Source: Nitrosopumilaceae archaeon (GTDB lineage Archaea > Thermoproteota > Nitrososphaeria > Nitrososphaerales > Nitrosopumilaceae). From it: a stretch of 64,000 bases of DNA. The notes beneath the pieces were generated by a model. It saw nothing but the letters and a program-made list of their open reading frames with translations. It was not told the origin of the DNA and searched no databases. Within the stretch, counting starts at the first letter, position 1. Every line of letters begins with the position of its first letter. Positions 53,941 through 63,595 of the stretch are shown here, one piece after another. The translations under genes were made by a program, and so were the position numbers. The stretch spans positions 1,408,001-1,472,000 of the forward strand of contig OZ242365.1 of the NCBI GenBank assembly GCA_965208905.1, read 5' to 3'.

Positions 53941-54671
53941 GATTGCTCCTCGGGAAAGTACTTCTCTGCCAATGCCTTCTTTTGCAGTTCATATACGATT
54001 TTACAGCCCTTTATGCCAATCTCAATACACTTGTTGTACTCTTCAAGTGACATGATACCATCTAGTTGTAGCAGGGTGATCTGATTTAGATTCGGCATAT
54101 ACGCTATGGGCATATCAGCCTGACCTGCCTGGTCCTCTTCGTTGTTTACATCTAAAATTACCGTATCGGCCACTTTGCCTGCTGCGCATGCAGAGACCAT
54201 ATCCCTCATGGGAATGCCTGCATCGGCCAAAGCTACGGCGGCAGCATCCAAGGCTGCGCAACGGGTACCGCCATCGGCCTGTAGTATCTCCATGTATACA
54301 TCAACAGCAGTTCTGGGAAACCTTTCTAGCATTACAGCTGGTTCTAACGCCTCACGGATAACCTTGGATATCTCTATCTCACGACGACTGGGTGCAGGAT
54401 TCTTTCGCTCGGAGACTGAAAACGGCACCATGTGGTAGCGACATCGTAGTATGCCGGTATCTGCATTTGACATATGCTTTGGGTGAACATCCCTGGGACC
54501 ATACACTCCTGCCAAAATCTTGTTATCGCCAAATTCTATATACGCAGAGCCGTTGGCATTCTTGAGTACACCAGCCTTTATCGTGATACGGCGGGGTTCA
54601 TCTACCTTACGACCATCACACCGAATTCCATTCTCATCTAAAAGCACCATATCGGTGTCGCGTCCACCCAT
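53937..54671 (-). CDS. rrp41: Exosome complex exonuclease Rrp41
   Basis: VYGPR, PFS..ERK.PAPSRREIEIS, QADGGTR. Confidence 0.96.
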   Translation of the reverse strand: MGGRDTDMVLLDENGIRCDGRKVDEPRRITIKAGVLKNANGSAYIEFGDNKILAGVYGPRDVHPKHMSNADTGILRCRYHMVPFSVSERKNPAPSRREIEISKVIREALEPAVMLERFPRTAVDVYMEILQADGGTRCAALDAAAVALADAGIPMRDMVSACAAGKVADTVILDVNNEEDQAGQADMPIAYMPNLNQITLLQLDGIMSLEEYNKCIEIGIKGCKIVYELQKKALAEKYFPEEQS

Positions 54672-55345
54672 TACTTTTCGGCCTCCAACATCTTTCTAAC
54701 TTTATCTGTCAAGTTGTGCATATGAGCCATTCTTTCAACCATACGAATTGCTTTTTTTGCCTTTATTAAGCCATTTGAATCTTCGCTGGAGGCAACCACC
54801 CAGCCATTCTGACCTACGGTTATCATTGAGTCAGTCTGGGATTCAATCATCTGTATCATTGTGCCACGCTTACCTATGAGTCTAGGTATCTTACTAGAAG
54901 ATATCTCTATCAGCTCACCAGAGTCTATCTTGCCCAAATCCCTATCCACAATAGTCAGTAGCGGATCCCGACTTCTGTCAGAGTTGGCTATGCGGGCAGC
55001 CACCAAATCACCTCGTTTGAGGCGCGTGTTCAACTCATCAGAACGGGCAGAAAAGTCACGACCAAACACATCTGTGGCGGGCAAAAATCCCACATAGCAT
55101 GAGTTTATGTCCAGCTCCCAGGCTAACGATGTATGTGTAGTTACTTTACCCACAACCATGTCGTCTATGCGAGGCATATACATGCCAGTCAGAGGTATCA
55201 CACGTACTGCACCATCAGCTATCTCAGATACGCCCACAGTCGTGGATACGATAAGACGTCCATCTAAGACTGTATTCTGATCAGCTCTGTAAGGACCAGT
55301 GGTAACAACATCGCCAGGAATGACGTGTTTTCGTTTTTCACTCAT
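54671..55345 (-). CDS. rrp4: Exosome RNA-binding subunit Rrp4
   Basis: VIPGD, S1 domain, KH motif RLIGKRG, VGQNG. Confidence 0.95.
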   Translation of the reverse strand: MSEKRKHVIPGDVVTTGPYRADQNTVLDGRLIVSTTVGVSEIADGAVRVIPLTGMYMPRIDDMVVGKVTTHTSLAWELDINSCYVGFLPATDVFGRDFSARSDELNTRLKRGDLVAARIANSDRSRDPLLTIVDRDLGKIDSGELIEISSSKIPRLIGKRGTMIQMIESQTDSMITVGQNGWVVASSEDSNGLIKAKKAIRMVERMAHMHNLTDKVRKMLEAEK

Positions 55346-56028
55346 CGTGAGATCTCCACAGAGGCAGCCCCCCGGGTAATTTGGTTCAATTTGTCTATCA
55401 CATTTTGCTTGGTAGCTGCTGATATTTCTAGTATTGCTTTTAGAGATCCATTGGGTAGCCAGTCAGACGTCTTCAAAGTTCCCACTGACTGTAGGACAGA
55501 GTATGAATGAGAGGCAAACTGTGCAGGTATGCTAACTTCAAGTAGCATCTGCTCTGTTTTTAGTGGTATTATGGATCGTAGTCGCTCCACCACACCAGGT
55601 ATCTGCTCCTCAGCAGGTTTTTGGGGATCGATAACAACCCGGGCATCCCGTATAGCCTGTTGTATACGCAGAGGCGGATGGGGCAGGTGTGTGCGCGGGT
55701 CCACATATGATTTTGCTATACGTTCTATTATTTGCAGTCGTTTGGCCTCGGTCATGCGACGGCGCTGCTCAGTAGTTAAATTCATTACACCTTTATTCAG
55801 TATTATGGTAGCCACCTCCACTGTATCTGATGTTCCAAACGCCTTCTGCAGATTTTCATCCGATGCGCGTGTTCCCTGACCAGAATCAGTGTATATGTCA
55901 TCAGATACAAGTACCGATGACGGGGAGATCTTCTTGCCACTCCTATACTCCAAGGCAGGATCTGGTTTTACTAGTATCTCAAACTTTAGGTCGCCATGTG
56001 AGTATCGTATCAGTGTATAGTCCACCAT
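55342..56028 (-). CDS. Ribosome assembly factor SBDS
   Basis: KFEILVKPD, AFGT.D, LTTEQRR, DPRTHLPHPP. Confidence 0.95.
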   Translation of the reverse strand: MVDYTLIRYSHGDLKFEILVKPDPALEYRSGKKISPSSVLVSDDIYTDSGQGTRASDENLQKAFGTSDTVEVATIILNKGVMNLTTEQRRRMTEAKRLQIIERIAKSYVDPRTHLPHPPLRIQQAIRDARVVIDPQKPAEEQIPGVVERLRSIIPLKTEQMLLEVSIPAQFASHSYSVLQSVGTLKTSDWLPNGSLKAILEISAATKQNVIDKLNQITRGAASVEISR

Positions 56029-56304
56029 GGTATATGGAAAAGGTTTTCCGTATTTATTCATATATGTAACCATTAAGGAGACATCTATACAGCACCATGC
56101 CTGAATCATTCCTGTTCATGCACATGATATATGAGAAAACATCATACAACAGGTTATGAGTAAATAATACAGGTGTAGCTTTATAGTTCAATAAAGATGC
56201 AGAAAAATATGTATTTTTAAAATATCAATACGGTTGATAAAAACATAATAATTCATAACTCATCCTGTAACAAATTATATGATGTGTCATCTGTTTCATA
56301 CCAG

Positions 56305-57501
56305 ATGTCAGATATACAAAAGTACGATGTGATAGTTGTCGGAGGCGGTCCGGCAGGCTCGTCGGCAGCCTTGCAGGCTGCCAATGGTGGGGCATCGGTT
56401 CTGATGATTGAGAAGGAGCCCCAGATTGCCACAACTGTGCGCACCAGTGGCGTCACATGGATGGATACTGTAACAGAGTTTGAAATTCCTAAAAGATGCT
56501 ACAATCCCATCAAAAATTATGGATTTTGCTCCCCCAATAATTCGGTAATATTACATGATAAAACTCATCGAGCAGTTGTTCTAGATGTGCGCTCTACATA
56601 CAGATGGCTGGCCACACAAGCAGAGAAGGCCGGCGTTACAATACAAACTGGTGTTACAATAAAAAAAGCCACTCGAAATAATGATAATACAATTACAATA
56701 AGTGGTACCGATAACACTATAGCACAGGGTAAAATAATAGTTGATGCCAGTGGCTTCTCTAGCGTAGTTGCGCAGAGTTTAGGGGCGACCCAACAGTGGA
56801 GACGATTTGGTGTTGGCGCCGAATATGAGATGCATGCAGAAGATATAGATGCGGAAACCTGGTGGCTCATGGTGGGAAGCATGTACTCGCCTGCAGGGTA
56901 TGCATGGATATTTCCAGTGGGTGGCGACCTGGTCAGAATAGGTGTAGGTATAGCAAAGCCTGAATCGTCGGTGGATCCACGGGAGGTACTTGATAATATT
57001 CTGCAAAAGAAGATAGGGCCAGTGGCCAACCTGGGACATCTTAAGATCTCTGAGTATCATTATGGTCTGATACCCAATAGCGGTATCGACAGAAAGAGCG
57101 TATATGATGGTATGATTTTGGTGGGGGATAGCGCCGGCCAGTCAAATCCGTTAGTATTGGAAGGAATACGGTTTGCCATACGGTTTGGTCGCATGGCAGG
57201 TGATGCGGCTGCCGCCGCCATACATGACCCTAATAACGCAAAGCCCATACTATCATCATATGAGACGGATTGGCGGAGGATGGCCGAAGCTCGCATCCGT
57301 TCGGCATACAAAGTACAGAACCGCTGGCTTGCCCTATCCGATGAAGGGTGGGACAAGGAGCTAAATATAATAAAAGAGTTGAGCGTTGATGAATTTCTAG
57401 ACTTTGTGCGTGCTGATTTTACAATGTCTAAAATAATAAAGATGACTTTACGCCATCCACGTCTGGCTGTACGGCAGTTATTCAAGCTTGTACAGCATTA
57501 A
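56305..57501 (+). CDS. Geranylgeranyl reductase-family flavoprotein
   Basis: VVGGGPAG, DASG, PAGYAWIFP, VGDSAGQ.NPL..EGI. Confidence 0.85.
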   Translation: MSDIQKYDVIVVGGGPAGSSAALQAANGGASVLMIEKEPQIATTVRTSGVTWMDTVTEFEIPKRCYNPIKNYGFCSPNNSVILHDKTHRAVVLDVRSTYRWLATQAEKAGVTIQTGVTIKKATRNNDNTITISGTDNTIAQGKIIVDASGFSSVVAQSLGATQQWRRFGVGAEYEMHAEDIDAETWWLMVGSMYSPAGYAWIFPVGGDLVRIGVGIAKPESSVDPREVLDNILQKKIGPVANLGHLKISEYHYGLIPNSGIDRKSVYDGMILVGDSAGQSNPLVLEGIRFAIRFGRMAGDAAAAAIHDPNNAKPILSSYETDWRRMAEARIRSAYKVQNRWLALSDEGWDKELNIIKELSVDEFLDFVRADFTMSKIIKMTLRHPRLAVRQLFKLVQH

Positions 57502-57987
57502 TGCTAATATGATGTATTTTTTTGTCTGGAGTTAATCGCAATAATAGGAATTAAATATTCAAGTTGTGCATCCACTAAATGTTGTGTACAAATAGAATAA
57601 TCATAGTACATAATGAGTGGATTTATTAATATTTTTGATTAATTCACATAATAAAATTATTCTACACATCAGGCTACGTAAAAGTAGTTTAATCTAACTG
57701 TAATTAATCATGTCAAATTAATTGCAAGTATTTGTAATGTGAAATATAGTAGTGTCAATCTATGTAAAAGTAGTTTAATTTAATTTAATTAAATTAAGTT
57801 ATTACATGGACTGGCATTAGAATGGTTTGGCGAATCTTCGTGCTGGGCCGCTTGGTTTTTCTACGATCCGAGATATAACAGCAGGCTTGTTCGGACGAAT
57901 AGTTTTTTCACAGCGTTACTACCAGAATCATGACGTACAGTTGGCAATCACGTATGTTTATAAGAGGATGTATGAGAATAGACAAAA

Positions 57988-58284
57988 ATGGCCTCAAAGA
58001 ATAAACCAGCAGCTGCGCAGGAGAAGAAACGAAAGACACAAGATCCCAAGAAGGACAAGTCTACCGGACCTGCAAAAGCCGAGATCACTGTCATACTGAC
58101 AGAACAACAGGTATCCAAATTCACAAAGAACGCCAAAGTAATTACAGCTCAAGAGTTGGCCCGGCAGGCGGGCGTAAAGACATCTGCAGCCAACAAATAC
58201 CTAAAAGATGCTGTAACTAAAGGAACTATAAAGCGAGTGGGCGGATACAGTGGGCACTGGCTCTATCAGGTAGTATCCTCATAG
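57988..58284 (+). CDS. rps25e: 30S ribosomal protein S25e-like
   Basis: Lys-rich N-terminus, winged-helix core KVITAQELA...GVKTSAA. Confidence 0.7.
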   Translation: MASKNKPAAAQEKKRKTQDPKKDKSTGPAKAEITVILTEQQVSKFTKNAKVITAQELARQAGVKTSAANKYLKDAVTKGTIKRVGGYSGHWLYQVVSS

Positions 58285-58667
58285 ATACTCATCGTATCAC
58301 CAGATTGTAGTGATTTTAATATGGATATGTCACCCTCCATCACACCCAATGGGGTCATGAGTTTTTTGGTGTCATAATCACCTACAATAAAACAGAGGCA
58401 TTGTTGACCGGGTAGAAATGCAATATCGCCAGCCGAGAAGTCATCCCGGCCCCGCTCCAGACTAGACTTTATCTCGGCATTTATGTATACCATCTGCCCT
58501 AAAGAGTGTACATGGCCACGTAATGGTAATGATGCCAGTATACGTCGTACAGTACGTGGTGCCAAATGCCGTTTTAGATGTAGTCGTATTGAAACTCCAC
58601 GTACATCCAGCATTATCTTTTGATAGGATAGTGTACGGCTCTGCAGTATCTTGTCTTTAGATGACAT
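58266..58667 (-). CDS. Cyclophilin-like fold protein
   Basis: RHLAPRTV...LP...GDIAFLP...LCF. Confidence 0.75.
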   Translation of the reverse strand: MSSKDKILQSRTLSYQKIMLDVRGVSIRLHLKRHLAPRTVRRILASLPLRGHVHSLGQMVYINAEIKSSLERGRDDFSAGDIAFLPGQQCLCFIVGDYDTKKLMTPLGVMEGDISILKSLQSGDTMSIYEDTT

Positions 58668-61300
58668 TATACTTCACTGATGGCGGCTTGCGCAGCAGCC
58701 ACCATCGCTATGGGAATGCGGTGGGGCGAGGCGCTAACATAACTTATGCCAGAAGCATGACAAAACTTTACAGAGTTTGGGTCACCGCCATGCTCTCCGC
58801 ATATTCCAATCTCCATAGAACTATTGACAGAGCGTCCTTTAGATATTGCTATATTCATCAGTTCGCCAACACCATCAACATCTAGTGACTGGAATGGGTT
58901 ATGAGACAGTATCTCTTTATCCATATACTCAGGAAGGAACTTGCCTTCAGCATCCTCACGGCTAAATGAGTAAGTGGCTTGTGTCAGGTCGTTGGTGCCA
59001 AAACTAAAGAACTCAGCCGTTGTGGCCAGTGCATTCGCAGTTATGGCTGCCCGGACCACCTCTATCATAGTTCCAAAGTTTACAGAGAGTTTGCGGTTGT
59101 ATCTCTTCTCCATCTCTGCCTTTATTGTGCCGTATATCTCTTTGATATAGTTCAACTCCTCAACACTTCCCACCTGGGGAATCATTATCTGGGGGCGAGC
59201 ATCGACTTTTTCGTTGGCCAGTCTGGCAGTAGCCTCAAAGACTGCCCTGATCTGCATCTTGTATATTTCAGGGTAGGTAATACCGACTCGAACGCCTCTG
59301 TGACCCATCATGGGATTGACTTCGGCCAAATCCCTAGCCCGGCGCAGAACAGGTGTAGTGTCTTGCGCATCGGACTTTGACATCGTCTTTATCTTGTTGC
59401 TTAGGGTCTCGGGATCTGGTAAAAATTCATGTAGTGGCGGATCCAGTAATCGTATAGTAACTGGATATCCTTCCATGGCTCGTAGTATCTTGACAAAGTC
59501 ACTACGCTGTAGTTGTTGCAGTTTCTGCAGTATCTTGTTTCGCTGTGTTATATCATCAGCCATTATCATATCAACAAAGAGTCCTATTCGATCTTTGGCG
59601 TTAAACATCCTTTCAGTGCGGCACAGTCCAATTCCTTGCGCCCCATACTTGCGGGCCAGTCGGGCGGCTTCAGGAGTATCTGCATTTGCTCGGATTCCCA
59701 AGCGTTTGGAGTCTTGAGCCCAGGATAGTAATCTTTTAAAGTTTTTAGTTATCTTGGGAGATATTGTGGGTACCTCGCCTGTATATATTACGCCAGTAGA
59801 GCCATCTATTGTTATCGAGTCCCCACTATGTAGTGTGGCATTTTGGGTAGTACATGTATCTGAATCATAGTCTATGTGCAGGTCCACACAGCCGACTATG
59901 CAGGGCTTGCCCATACCGCGGGCCACCACTGCAGCGTGTGATGTCTTGCCGCCCCTGCTGGTCAATATGCCCATCGAAGCAAAGAATGCAGGTACATCTT
60001 CAGGCTTTGTCTCCTCCCGGACTAGAATGACAGGCTTTCCCTCCTCGCCTAGTGCGGTAGCCTTCTTGACATCAAAGACTACGATACCAGACGCAGCTCC
60101 GGGCGAAGCTGCAATTCCCTTGGCCAGTATTTTGTGATTTTTGGCGGCCTTTGTATCTATACTAGGGTGCAGCATCTGCTCTAGTTGATCTGCAGAGAGT
60201 CTGGATACGGCACGGTTCTTGTCTATCAGACCCTCATCAACCATCTCTACAGATGTGCGAACCATCGATACGGCATTCATTTTGGCGCTTCGGGTCTGCA
60301 GTAGATAAAAGCGACCCTGCTCCAGTGTGAACTCTATATCTTGTGGTTCAGAAAAGTGTTGCTCTAATGTATTGCAGGTCTGCACCAATGTATCGTATGC
60401 CTCGGGCAACTCCTTCTTCATGTTAGATACAGGTTTTGGTGTGCGCGTACCAGCAACAACATCCTCACCTTGTGCATTAACCAGATAATCACCAAATATT
60501 TGATTGGCTCCATTTCCAGGGTTTCGGGTAAATATTACGCCTGTGGCCGAGTCGTTACCCATGTTACCAAATACCATGGTTACTACATTCACGGCAGTAC
60601 CATCGGCAATATCCGGAGTGATGTTATTCTTTTCGCGATACACCAAGGCCCTCTCACCCATCCAGCTGGCAAATACTGCTTTTATTGCCAACTCAAGCTG
60701 CTCGTCCGGATCAGATGGGAACTCTGCTCCTGTCTGTTTCTTGCATACATCTTTGTATTTTTTCACTATATTCTGCAACGAGTTCTCATCAAGCTCGCTA
60801 TCCAGAGTAACATTGCAGCGGGTCTTCTCTGCATTCAATATATCATCAAAGTGCGAGTCATCAACACCAAAGACAACCTTGCCAAAGAGTTGTATGAATC
60901 GACGATACGAATCCCAGGCAAATCTTGGATTACCACTCTGCGTCTCCAGACCAACTACAGTATCATCATTCAAGCCTAGATTCAGTACTGTATCCATCAT
61001 CCCAGGCATTGAGATGGCTGCGCCAGAACGCACCGATACCAACAGGGGGTTGGTCTTAGACTTCCATCTCTTTCCGGTCTCTTTGTCCAGTACCGCTATC
61101 TTACGTTTTACCTCCTTCATCAACGACTTTGGTAGTGTGTTGTTGTTTGCATAGTACGACTTGCACACATCCGTGGTAATTACAAAGCCAGGAGGAACCG
61201 GTAGTTTCAAGGATGTCATCTCACATAGGCCAGCTCCTTTTCCACCAAGTAATCGGCGGCTCTGACCATATCCTTCATTGAAAAGATAGACTGTCTTCAA
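58667..61300 (-). CDS. ppdK: Pyruvate, phosphate dikinase
   Basis: LLGGKGAGL, SMPGMMDT, GKTSHAAVVARG, GLCRTE, FSFGTNDLTQ, GICGEHGG. Confidence 0.98.
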   Translation of the reverse strand: MKTVYLFNEGYGQSRRLLGGKGAGLCEMTSLKLPVPPGFVITTDVCKSYYANNNTLPKSLMKEVKRKIAVLDKETGKRWKSKTNPLLVSVRSGAAISMPGMMDTVLNLGLNDDTVVGLETQSGNPRFAWDSYRRFIQLFGKVVFGVDDSHFDDILNAEKTRCNVTLDSELDENSLQNIVKKYKDVCKKQTGAEFPSDPDEQLELAIKAVFASWMGERALVYREKNNITPDIADGTAVNVVTMVFGNMGNDSATGVIFTRNPGNGANQIFGDYLVNAQGEDVVAGTRTPKPVSNMKKELPEAYDTLVQTCNTLEQHFSEPQDIEFTLEQGRFYLLQTRSAKMNAVSMVRTSVEMVDEGLIDKNRAVSRLSADQLEQMLHPSIDTKAAKNHKILAKGIAASPGAASGIVVFDVKKATALGEEGKPVILVREETKPEDVPAFFASMGILTSRGGKTSHAAVVARGMGKPCIVGCVDLHIDYDSDTCTTQNATLHSGDSITIDGSTGVIYTGEVPTISPKITKNFKRLLSWAQDSKRLGIRANADTPEAARLARKYGAQGIGLCRTERMFNAKDRIGLFVDMIMADDITQRNKILQKLQQLQRSDFVKILRAMEGYPVTIRLLDPPLHEFLPDPETLSNKIKTMSKSDAQDTTPVLRRARDLAEVNPMMGHRGVRVGITYPEIYKMQIRAVFEATARLANEKVDARPQIMIPQVGSVEELNYIKEIYGTIKAEMEKRYNRKLSVNFGTMIEVVRAAITANALATTAEFFSFGTNDLTQATYSFSREDAEGKFLPEYMDKEILSHNPFQSLDVDGVGELMNIAISKGRSVNSSMEIGICGEHGGDPNSVKFCHASGISYVSASPHRIPIAMVAAAQAAISEV

Positions 61301-61338
61301 ACAATTTTCACCTATTTATGGCTCTTTTAAAGCCTTGC

Positions 61339-62776
61339 GGGGCTTATCCCTGTAACTGTAACCTAAAAACAGCCAGACTTGTAAACCCATATCATGAGTT
61401 AGGTTTTTAAAGTACTATAGCGTATAGAACGGCATGTATAGATCACATAGCGTCCGCATAGACCTGACACGCTCTCAGGCGCGTCACATATCCAAAATAC
61501 GGAACTCACAGCGGTTCGTGTATAATTGGGCCGTAGAGAAGCTGCTGGCCGACCCCACACTCACTACATATGATCTCTCCAGGGAGTTTACCAAACTTCG
61601 CAGATGTACACCGCACCTACAGGAAGTAGAGCGCATATACCAAAATACGGCCATCCAGCAGGCCCGCACTGCTGCGGATGTCTCGAACAAATACGGCAAC
61701 GGCAAACTAGGTTTCCGCTCCAAAAAGCTTGACAATACAAAGGCAGTATCATGTGATGTACAGCCTGTATATGTGGACAACAGACACGCGTCATTGCCGG
61801 GCCTTGGTGTTGTTGAGTTGCCTGAGGAGCAGCCATACCAATTTCCACACAACTGGCTGTATGGCTCAAGGTCTTTCCGTTTGGTATGTATAACACCAAA
61901 GTCGTGGGGGCACGTCAAGTCATGTGACCATATCTACCGGTTGCACATAACATATGACGTACCTACACCCGAACGGCGCGCCAAGACCGGTGTTGTTGCC
62001 GGCATAGATAGGGGGATAACAAATCCAACGGTTGTCTGTAAGACAGACCATAACGCCTCAAATATAACATCATACGATACAGCAACCGCATTCCGCACTA
62101 ACCGTACATGGAATGATGATGCGCGTCGTACCATATCACACCGCAACAAGCACTCCCGTACAACATACAAGATGAAACGCAAGCGAGAAAAGTACAATCG
62201 TGGTAATGCGAATGACCGCGAGTATGCAGAATGGTTATTGGCCAAGAAGATATGCGAGGGTGTGGATGTGATATATGTCGAGCAGCTCCACCTTGAGGCC
62301 ATGAGCAGGCGCGGTGGTAGGCACAAAAAGGGCATGAATCGTGGTATGAGGTTCATTCGGCATTATGCAATACTGCGAAAGATACGCATTGTCGCAGAGC
62401 GGTTGGGCATCCGTGTAGTAGAGGTGAATCCAAAACACACGAGTCAGGAGTGCAGTATATGCGGCTACACAAACAAGGAGAATCGAAATGGGGAGACATT
62501 CAAGTGTCTCAAATGTGACCACATGGCAAACGCCGACGGCAATGCGTCGGTGAATATAATTCAACGGGGGACCGGTATGAAGGTTCCCGCGGGGGAAGGA
62601 ATAGCCCTCGAAAGGCGTGAAATGGGCCGGACCCGGAAGCCACCTGTTTGTGCAGTTCCGGACGCCAAGCGGCGGCGTGAGAATCAAGCGTGCAATCGAC
62701 CCAAAACATCAAGCGTCATGAAGCACCTGGGAATGTACGCGTATGTTACGTATGTTCAGTAAGGTGGATAATTCCC
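61339..62776 (+). mobile_element. Non-autonomous TnpB element with terminal inverted repeats and 8-bp target-site duplication
   Basis: AGCCTTGC at 61331-61338 and 62777-62784; ends GGGGCTTATCC / GGATAATTCCC. Confidence 0.85.
61434..62762 (+). CDS. tnpB: TnpB RNA-guided endonuclease
   Basis: RFVYNWA N-terminus, GIDRG, VEQL, VNPKHTSQECSICG, FKCLKC, NADGNASVNI. Confidence 0.93.
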   Translation: MYRSHSVRIDLTRSQARHISKIRNSQRFVYNWAVEKLLADPTLTTYDLSREFTKLRRCTPHLQEVERIYQNTAIQQARTAADVSNKYGNGKLGFRSKKLDNTKAVSCDVQPVYVDNRHASLPGLGVVELPEEQPYQFPHNWLYGSRSFRLVCITPKSWGHVKSCDHIYRLHITYDVPTPERRAKTGVVAGIDRGITNPTVVCKTDHNASNITSYDTATAFRTNRTWNDDARRTISHRNKHSRTTYKMKRKREKYNRGNANDREYAEWLLAKKICEGVDVIYVEQLHLEAMSRRGGRHKKGMNRGMRFIRHYAILRKIRIVAERLGIRVVEVNPKHTSQECSICGYTNKENRNGETFKCLKCDHMANADGNASVNIIQRGTGMKVPAGEGIALERREMGRTRKPPVCAVPDAKRRRENQACNRPKTSSVMKHLGMYAYVTYVQ

Positions 62777-63250
62777 AGCCTTGCCATGAAAGTATTGTGG
62801 GTTTTGCAGAATGGTATCGTGTGGAGTATAGTGTTTTTTTATCTCTTGGTGCGTACACAATATTATATGTTGTAAGGTGCCAGAAGGTCCAACTTCAGAT
62901 GTGTTATACGGTTGGCGTTACAGACACAAAATAGATGACATATACAATATATTGTCAAAAATTATCTGTGAATAGCATCTTTTATTCCACACCAAATAGT
63001 GTCCAAAAACATGAAAGTTAATTTTTGGGGCTGGGAAGATACGGTGACCTGGTGTATACTGGAAAGTTTGTGACTCGGAGTGGAAGGGAGGTCGTTATAC
63101 ATTAGGAGTGTGGAGTCATATATGAGGTCGCATACTTACATTTCCAGCCTAGGTGTTTTAACTGAATGGGAGCCATACACTGAACAGTTCAGCCTTGACA
63201 GAACCATTCAATCAAATAAAATTTTTAAAAAAGCGCATCATAATATAACT

Positions 63251-63430
63251 ATGGGCATGGATTTAGATGAGTTGGAACGCAAGTGCCGAGAATACGAAGC
63301 CGGCTCCAAGGAACTACACGAATGGGCGGTACAACACGGCGCGACGGAACTTGCGGAATCGACCAAGCGTAGTGGATCTGGATGGGATGAAGTCTACAAG
63401 AAGATTGAAGAGTATAGGAACTCAACGTAA
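63251..63430 (+). CDS. Small hypothetical protein
   Basis: 59-aa acidic helical ORF preceded by a TATA-like TTTTTAAAA. Confidence 0.45.
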   Translation: MGMDLDELERKCREYEAGSKELHEWAVQHGATELAESTKRSGSGWDEVYKKIEEYRNST

Positions 63431-63595
63431 CTTCTCAAGATCATCCAAATCCTTCTCCAACTCCACTTTTTTATCTCTCAAGATGGTTCCCATATCATAC
63501 ATTTCATGGGTTTCACAATCAACTATAGTTGGGAGCATAAATAATCCTACATTCTGTTAGAAAGGCATAAATGATCAAAATTATTACCTAATTAT

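Noticed and set aside
46006-61154. Long antisense ORFs (e.g. 46006-46650, 60504-61154)
   Set aside because: They are shadows of well-supported genes on the opposite strand.
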